A stretch of DNA of 64,000 nt from Octopus vulgaris. Its lineage: Eukaryota. The translations under genes were made by a program, and so were the position numbers. The notes below the pieces were generated by a model. That model saw only the letters and a program-made list of their open reading frames with translations, did no database searches and had not been told where the DNA came from. The stretch covers positions 176,638,001 through 176,702,000 of the forward strand of contig OX597815.1 in NCBI GenBank assembly GCA_951406725.2, given 5' to 3'. Within the stretch, counting starts at the first letter, position 1, and each line of letters opens with the position of its first letter. Positions 26,764 through 40,620 of the stretch are shown here, piece by piece.

Positions 26764-26970
26764 CAGTACCTTGCAAAAGACTTCGGCCACTTTAGACGAG
26801 TGGAAATTTCTATTAATAGCGAAGATGTTAGTGAATGCTTCACATTGTGTTTTTACAGACGAGACGTTGGCCCTGTTGGAGTCATTTCAATACCTAATCA
26901 TTATATTTTGTCGTAGGGGTAGATGCCAAACGACCACCCAAAATGGCCGTGCAAACGTTTTCGGCCACCT
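26764..26970 (+). mobile_element. Tc1/mariner-like left terminal repeat (IR/DR type), orphan
   Basis: TA|CAGTACCTTGCAAAAGACTTCGGCCAC with inner direct repeat GTGCAAACGTTTTCGGCCAC at 26949-26968. Confidence 0.55.
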
Positions 26971-27165
26971 ACACATAAACCAATCAAGATACAGGGCTTT
27001 AAAACTGCAAAATGTTACTTACAAACCAATCCTCATTAAGAAACATACAAAAACCGTTTTTGTGTGTTTCTTAAATGGCTTATAAACACCTTCCACAGTG
27101 CAATTGTTTTCGCTCCAGCAAACGATCTCAGCTCAGGTCACTTGCTATGCAAGTACATCTCTGTA

Positions 27166-27256
27166 ATATATATATATATGCATGTATGTATGCATGTATA
27201 TAAGTATGTATGTATGTATGTATGTATGTATGTATGTATGTATGTATGTATGTATG

Positions 27257-27307
<51 letters not shown>

Positions 27308-27397
27308 GTGTATGTATATATACGGTAATTTCTCAACTGTCGGGGGTCTTACTCCTCAAAAAATTTACATATATTAGCCAGAAAACACCTTCCACGC

Positions 27398-27455
<58 letters not shown>
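27166..27455. repeat. (TATG)n, (TA)n and (GA)n microsatellites
   Basis: Directly visible. Confidence 0.9.
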
Positions 27456-27458
<3 letters not shown>

Positions 27459-29464
27459 TGATATAATTCAAGGGTACGTCATTCGATTTTTGTTCGACAA
27501 ATTATGAAGACTATCATGTCATTGGAAGTGATATGAAATTACTATTCCTTGCTCATTCTCTTTATGTTGATGAAATTTCGAAAGACATCCCAAATTATAA
27601 TTTATCAAAATGTAATCGTATTTGCAAGTAATATTTTTTTTAAAAATTCAATTTGATTCTCTTTCACGCAAATAACTTTGATGTTTTGTATTTATTAATA
27701 TTGATTAAAGTATTTGCAAGGTCACAAATTCGTAGTGCAAATAATTTGGATTCTGAAATTATTAGGTGTAATAGGGGCATGAGGAAAATGGTGTTTTCTC
27801 AGCCAGTAATGTTATGAAGCTCAAGTTTGATGAACCGATGTAGTTTAATGAAAAATAACGCACGATTAATTAATCTCAGCATAAGAGAAACAAACGGAAC
27901 AATTATTAATTTTCAAGTTCTGCCCATATTTCGAACGTGACTTCTATAAATCTATTAGCATAGACAGGAAACTAATATGTAAGTTGATAAAGGTAGATTT
28001 CTGTAATATTTCCCTATAAAAAGTGTTACATATGAAAGCAGAGAAGGCATGGACAGGCAGTTGTCGGCTTCGCAGCCGCATGTTTTCTAGTTCAAAGACG
28101 CCGTTGACCAACACAGAAGAATACCTTCAAGCCTATTTTCTGGTTAAAACTACATTATGAAGCAAATATGCTAAATGCATATTGTTCTGATGCTTTATAA
28201 ATATACAACAGGTTTCTTTCAATGTCCGTCTACTAAATCCACATAGGATTTGATAGACGGAAATAGATATTTGCCCTACTATGTACCACGTAGAGGAACT
28301 TCACCATGTGGTTGGGAAGAAAATGTCTTACCATACAGACATATATATAAATACACAAAAACATACTTCTATACATATATATGCATCCGTACACACAAAC
28401 TCACTGACACACGCCACACTCATATACGTGTTTCTGCGCGTGTGGTACACATATCAGGATGTCCGCATGTTTATCAATGACTTTGTTTATATTTACCGTG
28501 GTAAACTCTCATGTCGAATTTATATCCTTTTTCATCATTATGTATCTTAGCTATTTCATAAATTGAGAACCATAAAATATATTACTTTTCAGATATGTGT
28601 CGTGGACATGATATGATTAACTCAAACACTCAAAATTATCGAGGAAAGCAGATAAGATACAAAATCGAAGAGAAAAAAGAAAAAAACCTAAACTGGACAA
28701 GATATTGAAGTTACGCTCCTGAATGGTTATTGATGTTGACTGCATATAAATAGTGAATTGCAAATGTTTACCGTATGCAAAGTTTTCATATGACGTGTAA
28801 ACACAACCATAGAACCAGCGTCTATATCAACAGCACTTTACTCCGTCCACAAATATAAATTATGTAAACGCAGGATGTGGACTTTGAATTTGCTTCACAA
28901 AACCTACGAAAACATCACGAGTAAAAAAAAACTCACGTCATCAGAATTATATAAAAAAACTCTAAGAAATTGAATAAAGGACTACACTTTTCTCCTTATG
29001 TTCTACAAATGATACAGAAAATCATGTCATCTTACGAACTACAAAGGTTTGATTGCAATAATGTCGTTGCCAACGAACAAGCATGCACCAAAGGTGTGTG
29101 TATGTGTGTTGGGTGGGGGACTAGAAACAATCACTACACATATTTACAAAATGCATCCCCATTAGCCTCGGATTAGAAAATACACCCAAACAGATTAAGA
29201 ATATATGTGCTAAATAACAAAACACCAAATGTTAAGAGAAACAAACACATACAAACGACGGTTTGCAACACATAAAAAACTGAAAAACTTAAAACTGAAT
29301 ATTAAAAAGTCATTACGTTAATACTTAAATCAGAGCTAAATGCAAAACACAAGCAATAAGCATAAATGTTGTAACTGTTTTTGAACAAAGTTTTAATTGC
29401 AATATTCTCAGAGGAAAACTAAATGAATTACGAAGACAAGAAATGAAGGCAATGCATATATTGA

Positions 29465-29788
29465 TTTCGAATTTTGGCACAAGGCCAGTAATTTTTTTCT
29501 TGGTTTTGGGGGGGCTAAGTCAGTTATATCGACCCCTAGTGTTCAACTGGTAGTTATTTTATTGACCCAGAGGAATGAAATGCAAACTTGACCTCGGAAT
29601 TTGAATTTAAAATATAAAGACCGCTAAGCATTTCTTCCGGTGCGCTAAGGATTCTGCCAGCTCGTCGCCCAGACAATACAAATATTTCTTTCTTTATTGC
29701 CCACAGGGGGCTAAACATAGAGAGGACACACAAGGACACACAAAGGGATTAAAGTGATTACATCGACCCCAGTGTGTAACTGGTACTT
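29465..29788 (-). mobile_element. SINE family A copy plus an adjacent partial unit
   Basis: Reverse complement of the family A head, core and tail. Confidence 0.8.
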
Positions 29789-30119
29789 TTACGATTGTAT
29801 ATCTACCACGATCTTTCTACCACGACAGGTTACATATGAAGGGCTGCGTACTCGCTCAAGTTTACGCACTGTGCTTGCAGGAGTAGCTGGCAAGCGAACG
29901 CCAAGATTGTGCATACAGTCGCACAATAATGGATGATAATACATACATATACACAGGCCTTATCCCCATTTTTAGGAGAAGCTAGCCACAGCAAGACACA
30001 CATCAGGCATTCTTTTCATTTCCCAGCTCGAGTCAAGGGATAGAACGCAACCCCCAATATCAACAGCGGGGCTCGACAGCATATGCTGGTATACTCCTGC
30101 CGCATAAAGCTGGTTCCGT

Positions 30120-30420
30120 ATCCCTTTGAGCTCGACATATATCCGGCAAATGTACTCAGCCAAGTGTATTTGTGAACAACATTTTTGCTGATAGCTCAGT
30201 CCTAGGTAGAGCATGTTTCAAACCAGAAGGTTCCGTAAAATGGAAATATTCTTATCGTAATTGCGCTGATTGGAAACCGTAGTTGTATAGAGGAGTCTAG
30301 GATCATCAAGATTATGCTCTACAGGTAGTTAAAGGGGAAAAGCCGTCGAAGGTGCCCGAAACAGTGAGATAACATTTCAATTAAGTAGTGAGCGTGATTT
30401 CGAGGGATTGGGTACGATTG
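30120..30420 (+). mobile_element. Possible heavily decayed RTE LINE RT fragment
   Basis: GC-richer patch; weak resemblance to ELLYADD..WK and GKxPCxVC..NSI..WV motifs. Confidence 0.3.
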
Positions 30421-30553
30421 GCCTCAAAGAATGGGGGAGGGTTATGAAGAAAGAGGTAATTGTTGGGCCAATGTCTTTGACCTGCAATCCCGTAAAAGGA
30501 CATAACATCTTTGATGAAGTTACTTCAGTATAAAATGTATTACTTATGCAAAC

Positions 30554-30626
30554 AAATCACACCCGATTAAGAATGTGAGCATGTGTCTACGCTTACACAT
30601 TCATAAAAAACATACATATATGTAAG

Positions 30627-30658
<32 letters not shown>

Positions 30659-30795
30659 TATATGTAAGTGTATATATATATATATATATATATACACTTA
30701 CATATATGTATATATATATAAACTTACATATATGTATGTTTTTTATGAATGTGTAAGCGTAGACACATGCTCACATTCTTAATCGGGTGTGATTT
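30554..30795. repeat. Long near-perfect palindrome (~75-bp unique arms around a TA-rich palindromic core)
   Basis: aaatcacacccgattaagaatgtgagcatgtgtctacgcttacacattcataaaaaacatacatatatgtaag and its reverse complement ending at 30795. Confidence 0.95.
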
Positions 30796-31691
30796 CTTTA
30801 TTGCCCACAGGGGGCTAAACATAGAGAGGACAAACAAGGACACATATATATATATATATATATATACATTTATGTAAGTGTATATAATATATATATATAC
30901 ATATATGTAAGTGTATATATATATATACATATATGTAAGTGTATATATATATATGTATATATGTGAGTGTATATGTGAGCCCTTGTGGGGGAGTGGGATT
31001 CTGGATGAATTGAGGTAAGTTTGAATTTACAGACAAAGGTAACACGTTTGATTGTTATTCTGAGTTTCGTTTGCCAATTATGCTGTCAAACGAAGACGGG
31101 AGGCACTGCAAACATACATTCAGTCAATATTTGTAATCGAAGCTAAATACGGTCAATAAAATAGATTTTAACGGTTGCGTAAAACAGGTAGAAAATATCT
31201 GTCACGTCCATTTTTTTCTAATGTCATACGCAGATCACGCGGTATATCCATTTTTTCTTCTTGGGTAAAATAATGTATATACACATATCTTCACTTTTAT
31301 ACGTGTAAACATATTCATATTGTGAAATTCAGAATATCGGTGACGTCCATTGATTTTCTCTGTAAAACCAGGAAGTTAGCTGCGGTTAATGAAGTTTAAG
31401 AGTTGATTAATAACTGAGTGTTTCTCACAACGTTGCTATCCTTCAGGCTATAACAAATCCATTATTTATGAAATGAACTATTTTACTAATTGGTCGTCAG
31501 GAAGTCTTCAATTAATAACAACGAAATTGTCACCCAGAACACACAAATACTGAATATTTGTTACAAACTGAACAACAGCTTTAATGGGGTCTTATATTAC
31601 TTCATTGCTCTTCGCAGGCGAATTTATACAGAGAGAGACAAATCGTTTCCTGGGATCGATCCTTTTATAATTGTCAATATTATGGTCCGAA

Positions 31692-32181
31692 TGCGCGAGC
31701 TGGCAGGATCGTCGGTGGGCCAAGAAAATGCTTGGCGTCATTTCGTCGTATTTACGCTCTGAGTTCAAATTCCGCCGAGGTTGAATTTGTCTTCATCTTT
31801 ACGGGGTCCCTATAATTGGTACCAGTCGAGCAGTGGGATCGATGTAATCGATTTACTTCCTTCCTCCCAAATTGCTAGCATTTGAAACCATTCTATTGGT
31901 TCTACAGAGTGCGCAGATACTTTGAAAATGTCGACGTTATCCTTGTCTCAACGAGCTGGCAGAGACGTTAGCACGCCGGGCGAAATGCTTAGCGGTATTT
32001 CGTCTGTCGTTACGTTCTGAGTTCAAATTCCACCGAGGTCGACTTTGCCTTTAATCCTTTCGGGGTCGATAAATTAAGAACCAGTTACGCACTGGGGTCG
32101 ATGTAATCGACTTAATACATATGCCTGTCCTTGTTTGTCCCCTCTATGTTTAGCCCCTTGTGGGTAATAAAGAAATAGGTA
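31692..32181 (+). mobile_element. Two SINE family A copies (31692-31889 older; 31951-32181 younger)
   Basis: gagctggcag head, B box and Nin-like core in both. Confidence 0.85.
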
Positions 32182-32367
32182 TGAAGACATCTCACGAGAT
32201 GAGCTTCAGAAAGCTTTCTGTAGCAACTTCGTTTCGTTCGTTTCAGTGTTATTTATGAAAGAGGCGAAAATCGATGAAATAATGTCTCGCAAATAAAACT
32301 GCCGTCCACATGGTTAATCTAATAAGCTGGTTACGATTACAACACCTAAGCTTACATGTCAGTTATC

Positions 32368-32731
32368 GCTTACTTGTTTCAGTCATTAGACGGCCATACT
32401 GGGGCATCGGCTGGAAGAATTTTAATCAAACGAATCGACCCCAGTACTTATCTTTCATAACCCGGGTACTTATTCTATTGTTCTCTTTGGTCGAACCAAG
32501 TTACGGGGAACTGAACACACCGATACCCGTTGTCAGGCGTTGGTGAGAACGAAACACAAACATGCACACACAATCAGACAGATACACACACACAGACACA
32601 CACGCATAACATAAATATACGTCTGGTTTATTCAGTTGCCGCCTACCAAATCCCGAGGCCCAAAGTGCCATGCAGTGCCACTGAACCCGTAAACATGTGA
32701 CTGGGAAGCAAGCTTTTTACAAAACAGCCAC
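32368..32731 (-). mobile_element. Degraded SINE family B
   Basis: Reverse complement of the B tail (tacttgtttcagtcatt) and head (aagcaagctttttacaaaacagccac). Confidence 0.7.
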
Positions 32732-32981
32732 CCCTACACACTGAATTATTTTGCATATGTAAATTATTTATATGAAAACTACAAAGCCTAAAAGGAAATG
32801 TTTTCATAAGCATCGGAGTAAGCATTTAATCTAGGTGTTATGATAATCCATATAACATTGTGTTTCATATTTTAGCAATTTTGAATCTAAGAATTTACAC
32901 TTGCTGGTAGCAAACTGGTCCGCTAGAAAATCTATATTGGAGGTAGATGCAGTATACCAACCAAAATGTTCGTTTTATATC

Positions 32982-33300
<319 letters not shown>

Positions 33301-34022
33301 GTAAAAAGCGATTTATAACTGTACAATACCCGGAGAATGTAAAAGCTGAGCTGATAAAAGAAGGGTAAAAATGCATGGTCAGAAAACCATAGTTAAACCA
33401 TGAAGAAAAAGTAATTTTCTTTTTCCATAAAGAGGAAACAAATTAAAATTTGAAAAAAGTATGACAACTGGCTTTGAAAGTTGGTCGGTGAATTTGCTTA
33501 CAACCCGACTATGAGAGAGGCCATGCTGGGATTATCTCCTACCAATAGCTTTAACAATGATCTGATACATTTTCTATTACGATCATTTCTCGTATTTGTC
33601 AGGCGATAATAAATCAGTATTTCTAAGCATAGTTATTGTGAATTTGGTCCTTAATTTTCCTTTATTGTCATTAAGGATATCAAAATATGGCTCTTAACTG
33701 ATCGTATAATCTGGTCATATGTTTTGCGGTTTGTGAGTAAGCAATAAACACACGGTTTTGAAAAATATCGTCCATAAATAAACATCTGATCTCTAAGCAT
33801 CACTTGTTAAAACAGTTTTTATGAAAATCTTTTGCTATCATTTGATCGCTCTTGAAATTCCCAAGTGTTTAATTATTTGTATACATAGAGAGGGAGAGAA
33901 CAGAGATGCATTTGCTTCAGAAAAGACATTCAATAATCATGTGTTGCCAGAAATCAAAAATAAAACCATTTGATGAATTTTATTAAAAAAAAAAAATCAA
34001 GACCAGGCAAACTACAGAAGTC

Positions 34023-34112
34023 GTTCCGTTGCTGACGTCATCCTACAAAACGTTTGGTTGCTGACGTCACACTACAAAACATTTCGTTGCTGACGTCATC
34101 CTACAGAACGTC
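34023..34112. repeat. 3 x 29-bp minisatellite, each unit containing the palindrome TGACGTCA
   Basis: TGACGTCA at 34033, 34062 and 34091 within gttgcTGACGTCA(t/c)..ctaca(a/g)aac. Confidence 0.9.
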
Positions 34113-34357
34113 AAGTATTATGGAATACTTTCCCAGTATCCTTTGATCTGAAACGATCACTTTTCCAACGCTATAATTCCTGATGACACCATAACATGGT
34201 CGTTTTCTCCCCTTATCCCTATTGATACTTATTTCTTTAACCGGCAATTTGTTTACGATATTCATGTCTTGACTCGTAATGACTATGGAAGAACAATTTT
34301 TTTTATTTTTATAAACATTATATCGAGGACTGTGTCATAATCTTTATTGTGTATTTG

Positions 34358-34759
34358 AAGGCGGTGAGCTGGCAGAAACGTTAGCATGCCAGGCGAAATG
34401 CTTAGCAGTATTTCGTCTGTCTTTACGTTCTTAGTTCAAATTCCGCCGAGGTCGACTTTGCCTTTCATCCTTTCGGGATCGATAAATTAAGTACCAGTTA
34501 CGCACTTGGGTTCGCTATAATCGACTTAATCCGTTTACCTGTCCTTGTTTGTCCCCTCTGTGTTTAACTCCTTGTGGGTAGTAAAGAAATAGGTATTTCG
34601 TCTGCCGCTACATTCCGAGTTCAATTTCCGCCGAGGTCGACTTTGCCTTTCATCCTTTCGGGGTCGATAGATTAGTACCAGTTGCGTACTGGAGCCGATC
34701 TAATCGACTGGCCCCCTTCCCCAAAATTTAGGTCATTGTGCCTAAAGTAGAAAAGAATA
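34358..34759 (+). mobile_element. SINE family A dimer with 15-bp TSD
   Basis: One head + two body units; TSD tttattgtgtatttg (34343-34357) / tttattatgtatttg (34760-34774). Confidence 0.9.
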
Positions 34760-35371
34760 TTTATTATGTATTTGGATAGAAAATGGTAATTTGCAGGCGA
34801 TCTTGCAACGATATCCCGCAGATGGAGTGCTTGATCTCTGTCTGCCGCTCAGCGCAACCTACACTGTTCTTCTTGGGAAAGTGTTGTCGAAACACAAAGA
34901 AACAGAAACGCCTCAAGTTGAGTACAGAATCCGAATTACACTCAGCTCGCGAATAGAATACATCTTTTGAACATGAAGAGATGCGTAATCAAATAATTAT
35001 TTTGTTTCTTTACCCACTTTTCATAGAGTTGCTAAAATGATTTGTGTTTCCGAATTGATATCTGTTTATAAACGAAATAGAATTTGATGTTAGCATGTGT
35101 GAAAACTTATCGTAAAGTAATGGAAAAGTGCTAAATTTGTTATCGTGTCTTTAGGACAGTTTGTTGAGGTAACTTCACCAACAACCATAATGTGACGCTG
35201 TTTTCTAAATATTTATAGAAGTAATTCACTGACGAGGCGTCCATTCTGCACTACCAGAAACTACTGGATTTATGTTGAAATATTTTCGCAAAACAATTTA
35301 AGTTGTGGATTTTCTTACCGTAATATCTAGAACTTTACTTGCACAAGAGTCTGTTTTGCACATAATGCATA

Positions 35372-36068
35372 AACGGTTTCAAATTTTAGCACAAGGCCAG
35401 CAATTTCGAGTGGAGGGTTCAGCGAATTACATCCATCCCAGCGTTCAACTGGTACTTATATTTAACGACACCGAAGAGATGAAATACAAAATCGACCTCG
35501 GCAGAATTGTGTCTCAGAACGTAATGAAGACGAAACGGCACGAATATTTTCCCCGGGGTGCTAACAATCCTGCGAGTGAACTGCTTTTCAGGATGTAATA
35601 TGAAAAGCGAACTTAAGGCAGCGAGATGGCAGAATTGTTAACACGCCGGACAAAATGCTTAGCGGCATTTCGTCCGTCTTTAAGTTCTAAAGTCGAATGC
35701 CACCGGGGTTGACGTTGTCTTTCATCCTTTCGAGGTTGATAAAATAAGTACGACTTGAGTAATGGGGGTCGATGTAATCGACTTAACCCCCAGCTCTGCA
35801 ATTGGGGGTCTTGTGCCAAAATTTGAAACCAATATTAACATAAGGTAACTTAAGGTGGTAAGCAGTCAGAATCTTTAACACGCTGGACAAAATGCTTAGG
35901 AGCATTTCGTCCGTCTTAACATTCTGTGTTCAAATTCCTACCGAGTTCGACTTAGCTTTTCACCCTTTCGGGGTCGATAATATAACTGCCAGTTGTACGT
36001 TGGGGGCCGATGTAATCGACTCATCCCCAACCCCTAAAATCGCTGGCCTTGTGCCAAAATTTGAAACC
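35372..36068. mobile_element. Cluster of three older SINE family A copies (35372-35590 minus; 35616-35830 plus; 35852-36068 plus)
   Basis: Shared core and 3' end ccttgtgccaaaatttgaaacc. Confidence 0.8.
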
Positions 36069-36179
36069 TATTTTGAAAGTGAATCACAAGTTAAACATAA
36101 GTTAATTACTAACTTATTAAAATTATTTAATTATTAAATTATTAAGTATCTTAATGTGACTACCTAAAATTTCCTCCCG

Positions 36180-37080
36180 ATTCCAGTTGCTTGGAATAAA
36201 TGAATGGAATCAACAAAATCTTTGTGCCATTTGATAGCAACACATACTTTGTGTGGAATCAACTTTTGGAGTTTCTCTTTGATTGTGAACCCACTTATTT
36301 TCTTATTCGCCTGTCACATGGGCTGTTAACTACCAGTGCCTTTTATTTTCTAGTAACGATATCGTTTCCAACTTGCAATAACCGAAACATTCTGAGGACA
36401 AATAAACTATATATTTCTAATGATAGGAGCATGTGCGTTTGGGCAGGTATTCTTTCTTTGAAGTGTCTCATAAAACGTACATTAATACATCCAATTTCAA
36501 TGTGGCTTAAATAAAAAAGAATCATATAAACAAGTTTTCTAGTAAAGGGTTTGTTTTTCTTTTACATTCAAAATACGATGCCTTTCTTTCATTTCTGTCT
36601 CTTTGCATCGGAGACGACAATTTATTTCCGCACTACTCATCTCTAATAGGAATATTTGCAGAGATATTTTACATTATTTTAGAATGTACTCTGGCAGTAG
36701 GATACCTATTTTCATTAAATTTGCTTGTAATGTCTTCAAATCGCTTCTTCTGTTTGATTTCACGTCAGATCGCTTGCATCCCTGCGGCTAATCGATCTCG
36801 GTCGACTGCTTCCTTTCCCAATATTCAGATTGTCTAACGAACATTTCTTCCAAACGAACCACGTTGTAAACCAGGATATAAATAACTATTTTGCATCATC
36901 ACAGCTTTTATATAGTTGTTTAATTTATAAAATCAATTATTTATATCACTTAATATCCACAAATGTTGAATACATAGCAGAACTGGTAAACTGCCAGATA
37001 TCATATGAGGTATTTTATGACGTCATCCCATATTCTAAGTTCAGACCTAATCAGAGTCGAATTTGCATTTTTGCCTTACT
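36180..37080 (-). mobile_element. Decayed Penelope-like element (RT thumb + GIY-YIG remnants)
   Basis: FEDITSKFNENRYPT (~LxxNGYP); IGCINVRFMRHFKERIP (~YIGxTxRxLxxRxKEHIP); KWHKDFV. Confidence 0.5.
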
Positions 37081-37109
37081 AAAACATAAGCACAATGGAT
37101 ATGTGATAT

Positions 37110-37202
37110 GGCAGGTGTGATGGCCTTCTTGACAGTGGTTCAATGGACCAAGGTAGGGCAGGTGATATGCCTTGCTTGACAGTGGTTCAATGGACCAAGG
37201 TA
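37110..37202. repeat. Local tandem duplication, 2 x ~47 bp
   Basis: ggcaggtg..cttgacagtggttcaatggaccaaggta occurs twice. Confidence 0.9.
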
Positions 37203-39469
37203 TTGTAGTCTAATATTAAGTTGCTGCTAAAATACTGATTATATTCAAGGTTCAGTTTAATTAAAACATACATTTTGGGGGCGAAATTCATTGCATTACT
37301 AGTTATTAGAATTGCTCAATGACGAATGAATACTGTGGATCGCTACAGGTCGTGTCACCCCCAGCACTCAGTCCATTCGGTCGAGATCAGTTACATGACA
37401 ACAGAAATTCGTTCAAATGTTAGTGTTTTAACAAAAAGAGCAAATGTATTGAAATATTGGTTGCATGTTTTCGCAAATATTTCTTTTGATATCTGGCATT
37501 AACATTTTGATCATATTGATTTCAATGTACATTTCGATTGTCTGGCGTGAAAAGAGGGCAGATCAAACGGGTACATGGGTACTGATTTGTATTTCACATA
37601 TTCATCAACTAAATGCAAGAATTTATTTCTAGAACAAATTTTATTGGAGAATCTCTCAACATGGCTTTACTTCTCGAACTCAAACTAGTATAAGATATAA
37701 GATATTGACGATGGATACAAAAAATCTGCACATTTCTTATGAGATCATAATCATGAATTTATGCTCGCCACAATCCTAATGTTTTAAAGGAAAGATTTTT
37801 TTCTAAACTCTTATACGATACTGAAAGTCAAACTTAACCGCAAGAGGATTTACCATCAGAATATAGCAATCCTAGTGTGTAGGATATTTACAGCAGTGTT
37901 CTGTTTAGGGAGCCTCCTAATTTTTTATGTTAAATTATGATCAGATGAAACACTTTTGAATTGTTGATTCTATCTTCTCATCCAGAATATTTATCTATTA
38001 AGATGTCATCCAAGTTATCTTGATAAAAAAAATACTCTAACACTTTTAATGTTGTGTAAATATTATACCAATATTCTCTTTCTGCAGTTCGTGACTTTTT
38101 TCAGTCTATAAACGTAAAAGAGTTTGTATATCAATGCTGTAGAGCATCAGACAAGAATAAATCATAAATTCACACATAATTGAAAGAACAACATTTTGTT
38201 TCTTACACAGTAAATGGCGGCAACAGTAGAAGATGGAGAAGGCTTTGTGATTTCGGTTTCAATAATCTATAGAAACCATATATTGCACTTTGATTCTTAG
38301 ATTTTCCGATCTGACATAGAAGTTCATGTATTTCTAATACTGTTTTTATATAGAATTTTACATTTTACACTTTGTATATTCCTATATTTAAATTATTATA
38401 AGGCACGCTGATGGTGAAAGTTTGTGAAGATTTTGGTAATAATGAAAGTTTGTTGTGATATATGCTATTATTTTCTGTCTACCAATCTAACGAACTTTCT
38501 TTTTTATGAGTCTGTAGTGCACATATCTGGAGTTAAATTTGCAAATCCTTATTAACATTACGTTTTTTATGTTCAATATTCTATTTCCAGGTGAATGAAG
38601 TATTGAAAATTCAGATTCTTGGCAACGACACGCCCTGATTCAGTGACACGATGCCATATCTAAGTTGTTTGGCGAATAATTCGCGCCTTTTTCATTCTAA
38701 CAGTTAAAACGTGCCATTAAATGAACTATTTAAAAGCACAAGCATAAATCTATGGCAGGTTTATATAATATTCTCTCAACACAGCTGTGTTGCAAGTTTT
38801 CTCACGCAGTCAATGAGCTGATATGTCTAATAACACCATCATATACAGCACGATGATGCTAAACTTCACTCTGTCTTGACCTTCTTCTTCTTCACATTGT
38901 CGATTTGCCAAGATTTCAGTGAACAGATATCGAAAGACATGTATAATAAGATATACAACTACAAATGTATAAAACAACCACTAATTATATCAAGATAACA
39001 AATTTCCAATATTACAGCACAGCCTCCATAATCATTGACAGCGAATAGCTGAATCCCTCAAATCCATTACGAATGTTAAATTTTCAATGTTTGACAATTT
39101 TGCATGTTAATTACAAAGTCGTGAAATTGCCGAGTCAGAAAATACTTGTTACAATTCAATTAAGATTCAAAACTTTTAATTTGAAGCTTCTAATAATTGC
39201 GATTAAATACAAGATACTAAAATTGATTGTGATTTTTATCTGTATCAGAATATGAGAAGCATGATGCCTTTGGAGTGCAATGTAAGAAAACTGTCATTGT
39301 GGAAAATTGTTGATCGAAGCGATCGATATTCCGTACGTCGTGTCTCCATTATAATCAGTCGAATTCTATCAAATTCTGTCTCTATAGTGTATGCGCGCAT
39401 GTATATATAAGAAAACTATAAGTTGAAAATGTATTGAGAATAGTGAAACTATTTTTAATTAAAATATTT

Positions 39470-40620
39470 GAAGCTTTAACCGGTTTCACAGTTTACACTG
39501 ATTTTCAAAAAGTTGAAATAGAAAGACGTGGCTCATGTCGCAGTTGTCTTGCTCCTGACTAGTGATTGAAGTTTGCCCTGTTTTATGGGAAGGGTGTTCA
39601 TAGCTCAAATTAGTATGTTTTGAATAGTATTTGATTGATAGAGGATAACCACATGACTGGTCTTAGAAATTTTTGTAGGTTTCCCGCTACGTCTGTGTGT
39701 TAGTATCAAGTAACAATGTTTAGTGTGGTAAGTTAAGCCTGACACGGTTGACTGAACAAGTCAAAACAGTGTTACATATATACATAACTAAATTATAGAG
39801 CAATACAAAAGTTGGTTTTAAATTAGCGCTACATTCGCAAATGAAACGTACTTGACTGAGCGCTGGCCTGTAATATTTCCTAAACTTTTCTTGGCCTGTA
39901 AAAGATTTGTGACACATATTTTGTCTTCCGCAGTCGTGTTTTATTCGTAGACAAAATGCCTGAGGGGGAAATATGTTATGATATTCAAACTCGAGGTATT
40001 TCGTTTCTGTGTTATCTCCTATCAATCAGTAGGTGATAATTTTAATGCTTTGCTAAAAGTCTGTGTCTCCTTAGATAAGGTTAATGTTTTAAATTTCGCG
40101 AGAATTCTTTTGGTAGAAATTACTATATCTAAACCAAACTATAAAACTGAAATATATAGACCAGAATCTACCTGGCAGTGTTATGTGTATTCTTGAACTA
40201 TTTTGATAAAAAGTCAAACAACGCAACTATTAAAAATGAAAATAGCTGAGAGTAAATTTATGTCTTGCCTAGAATATACATCGTGTAAAAGCTGAAAATA
40301 TGTATTACATCCTATCCTGATTTTGTCTCGTGCTATGCATGTGCTGACGGGATTTATCTCCCCATTATCCTGTATAGATTTATTGAATATAAAATGTTGA
40401 AGTGTATTTTGTTTAAACAACAATACTGCACGTTTTGGACCTATTTTACTCATTCCTGGGAGTTAAATGATTGGGAAGCATTTGAACAGAAAACAGGAAA
40501 AGGACAAAGGTAATTACGGAAAAGTGATTAGTCCATCACAGGACGATTTCTGCACTCGAATGCGTCCTTCACTTTCCAACGTAAAATTATGATCATTAAA
40601 ACTTCTAACGGAAAGTCTTC
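39470..40620 (-). mobile_element. Decayed Penelope-like element
   Basis: NFTLESE (~FTxExE), KIGPKRAVL (~GPxKCPVYL), FICECSA (~FxCxCxxxYIG); terminal GAAACCGGTTA motif shared with the repeats at 50.4 and 51.7 kb. Confidence 0.4.

Noticed and set aside
34790-34980. GC-richer segment with ~45-60 codon open frames, faintly like a Tc1/mariner C-terminus
   Set aside because: The similarity is too weak to call either an exon or a transposase
38200-38640. Acceptor-like sites and ATGGCGGC start (MAATVEDGEG...; VNEVLKIQILGNDTP)
   Set aside because: Frames close within 30 codons and there is no recognisable homology
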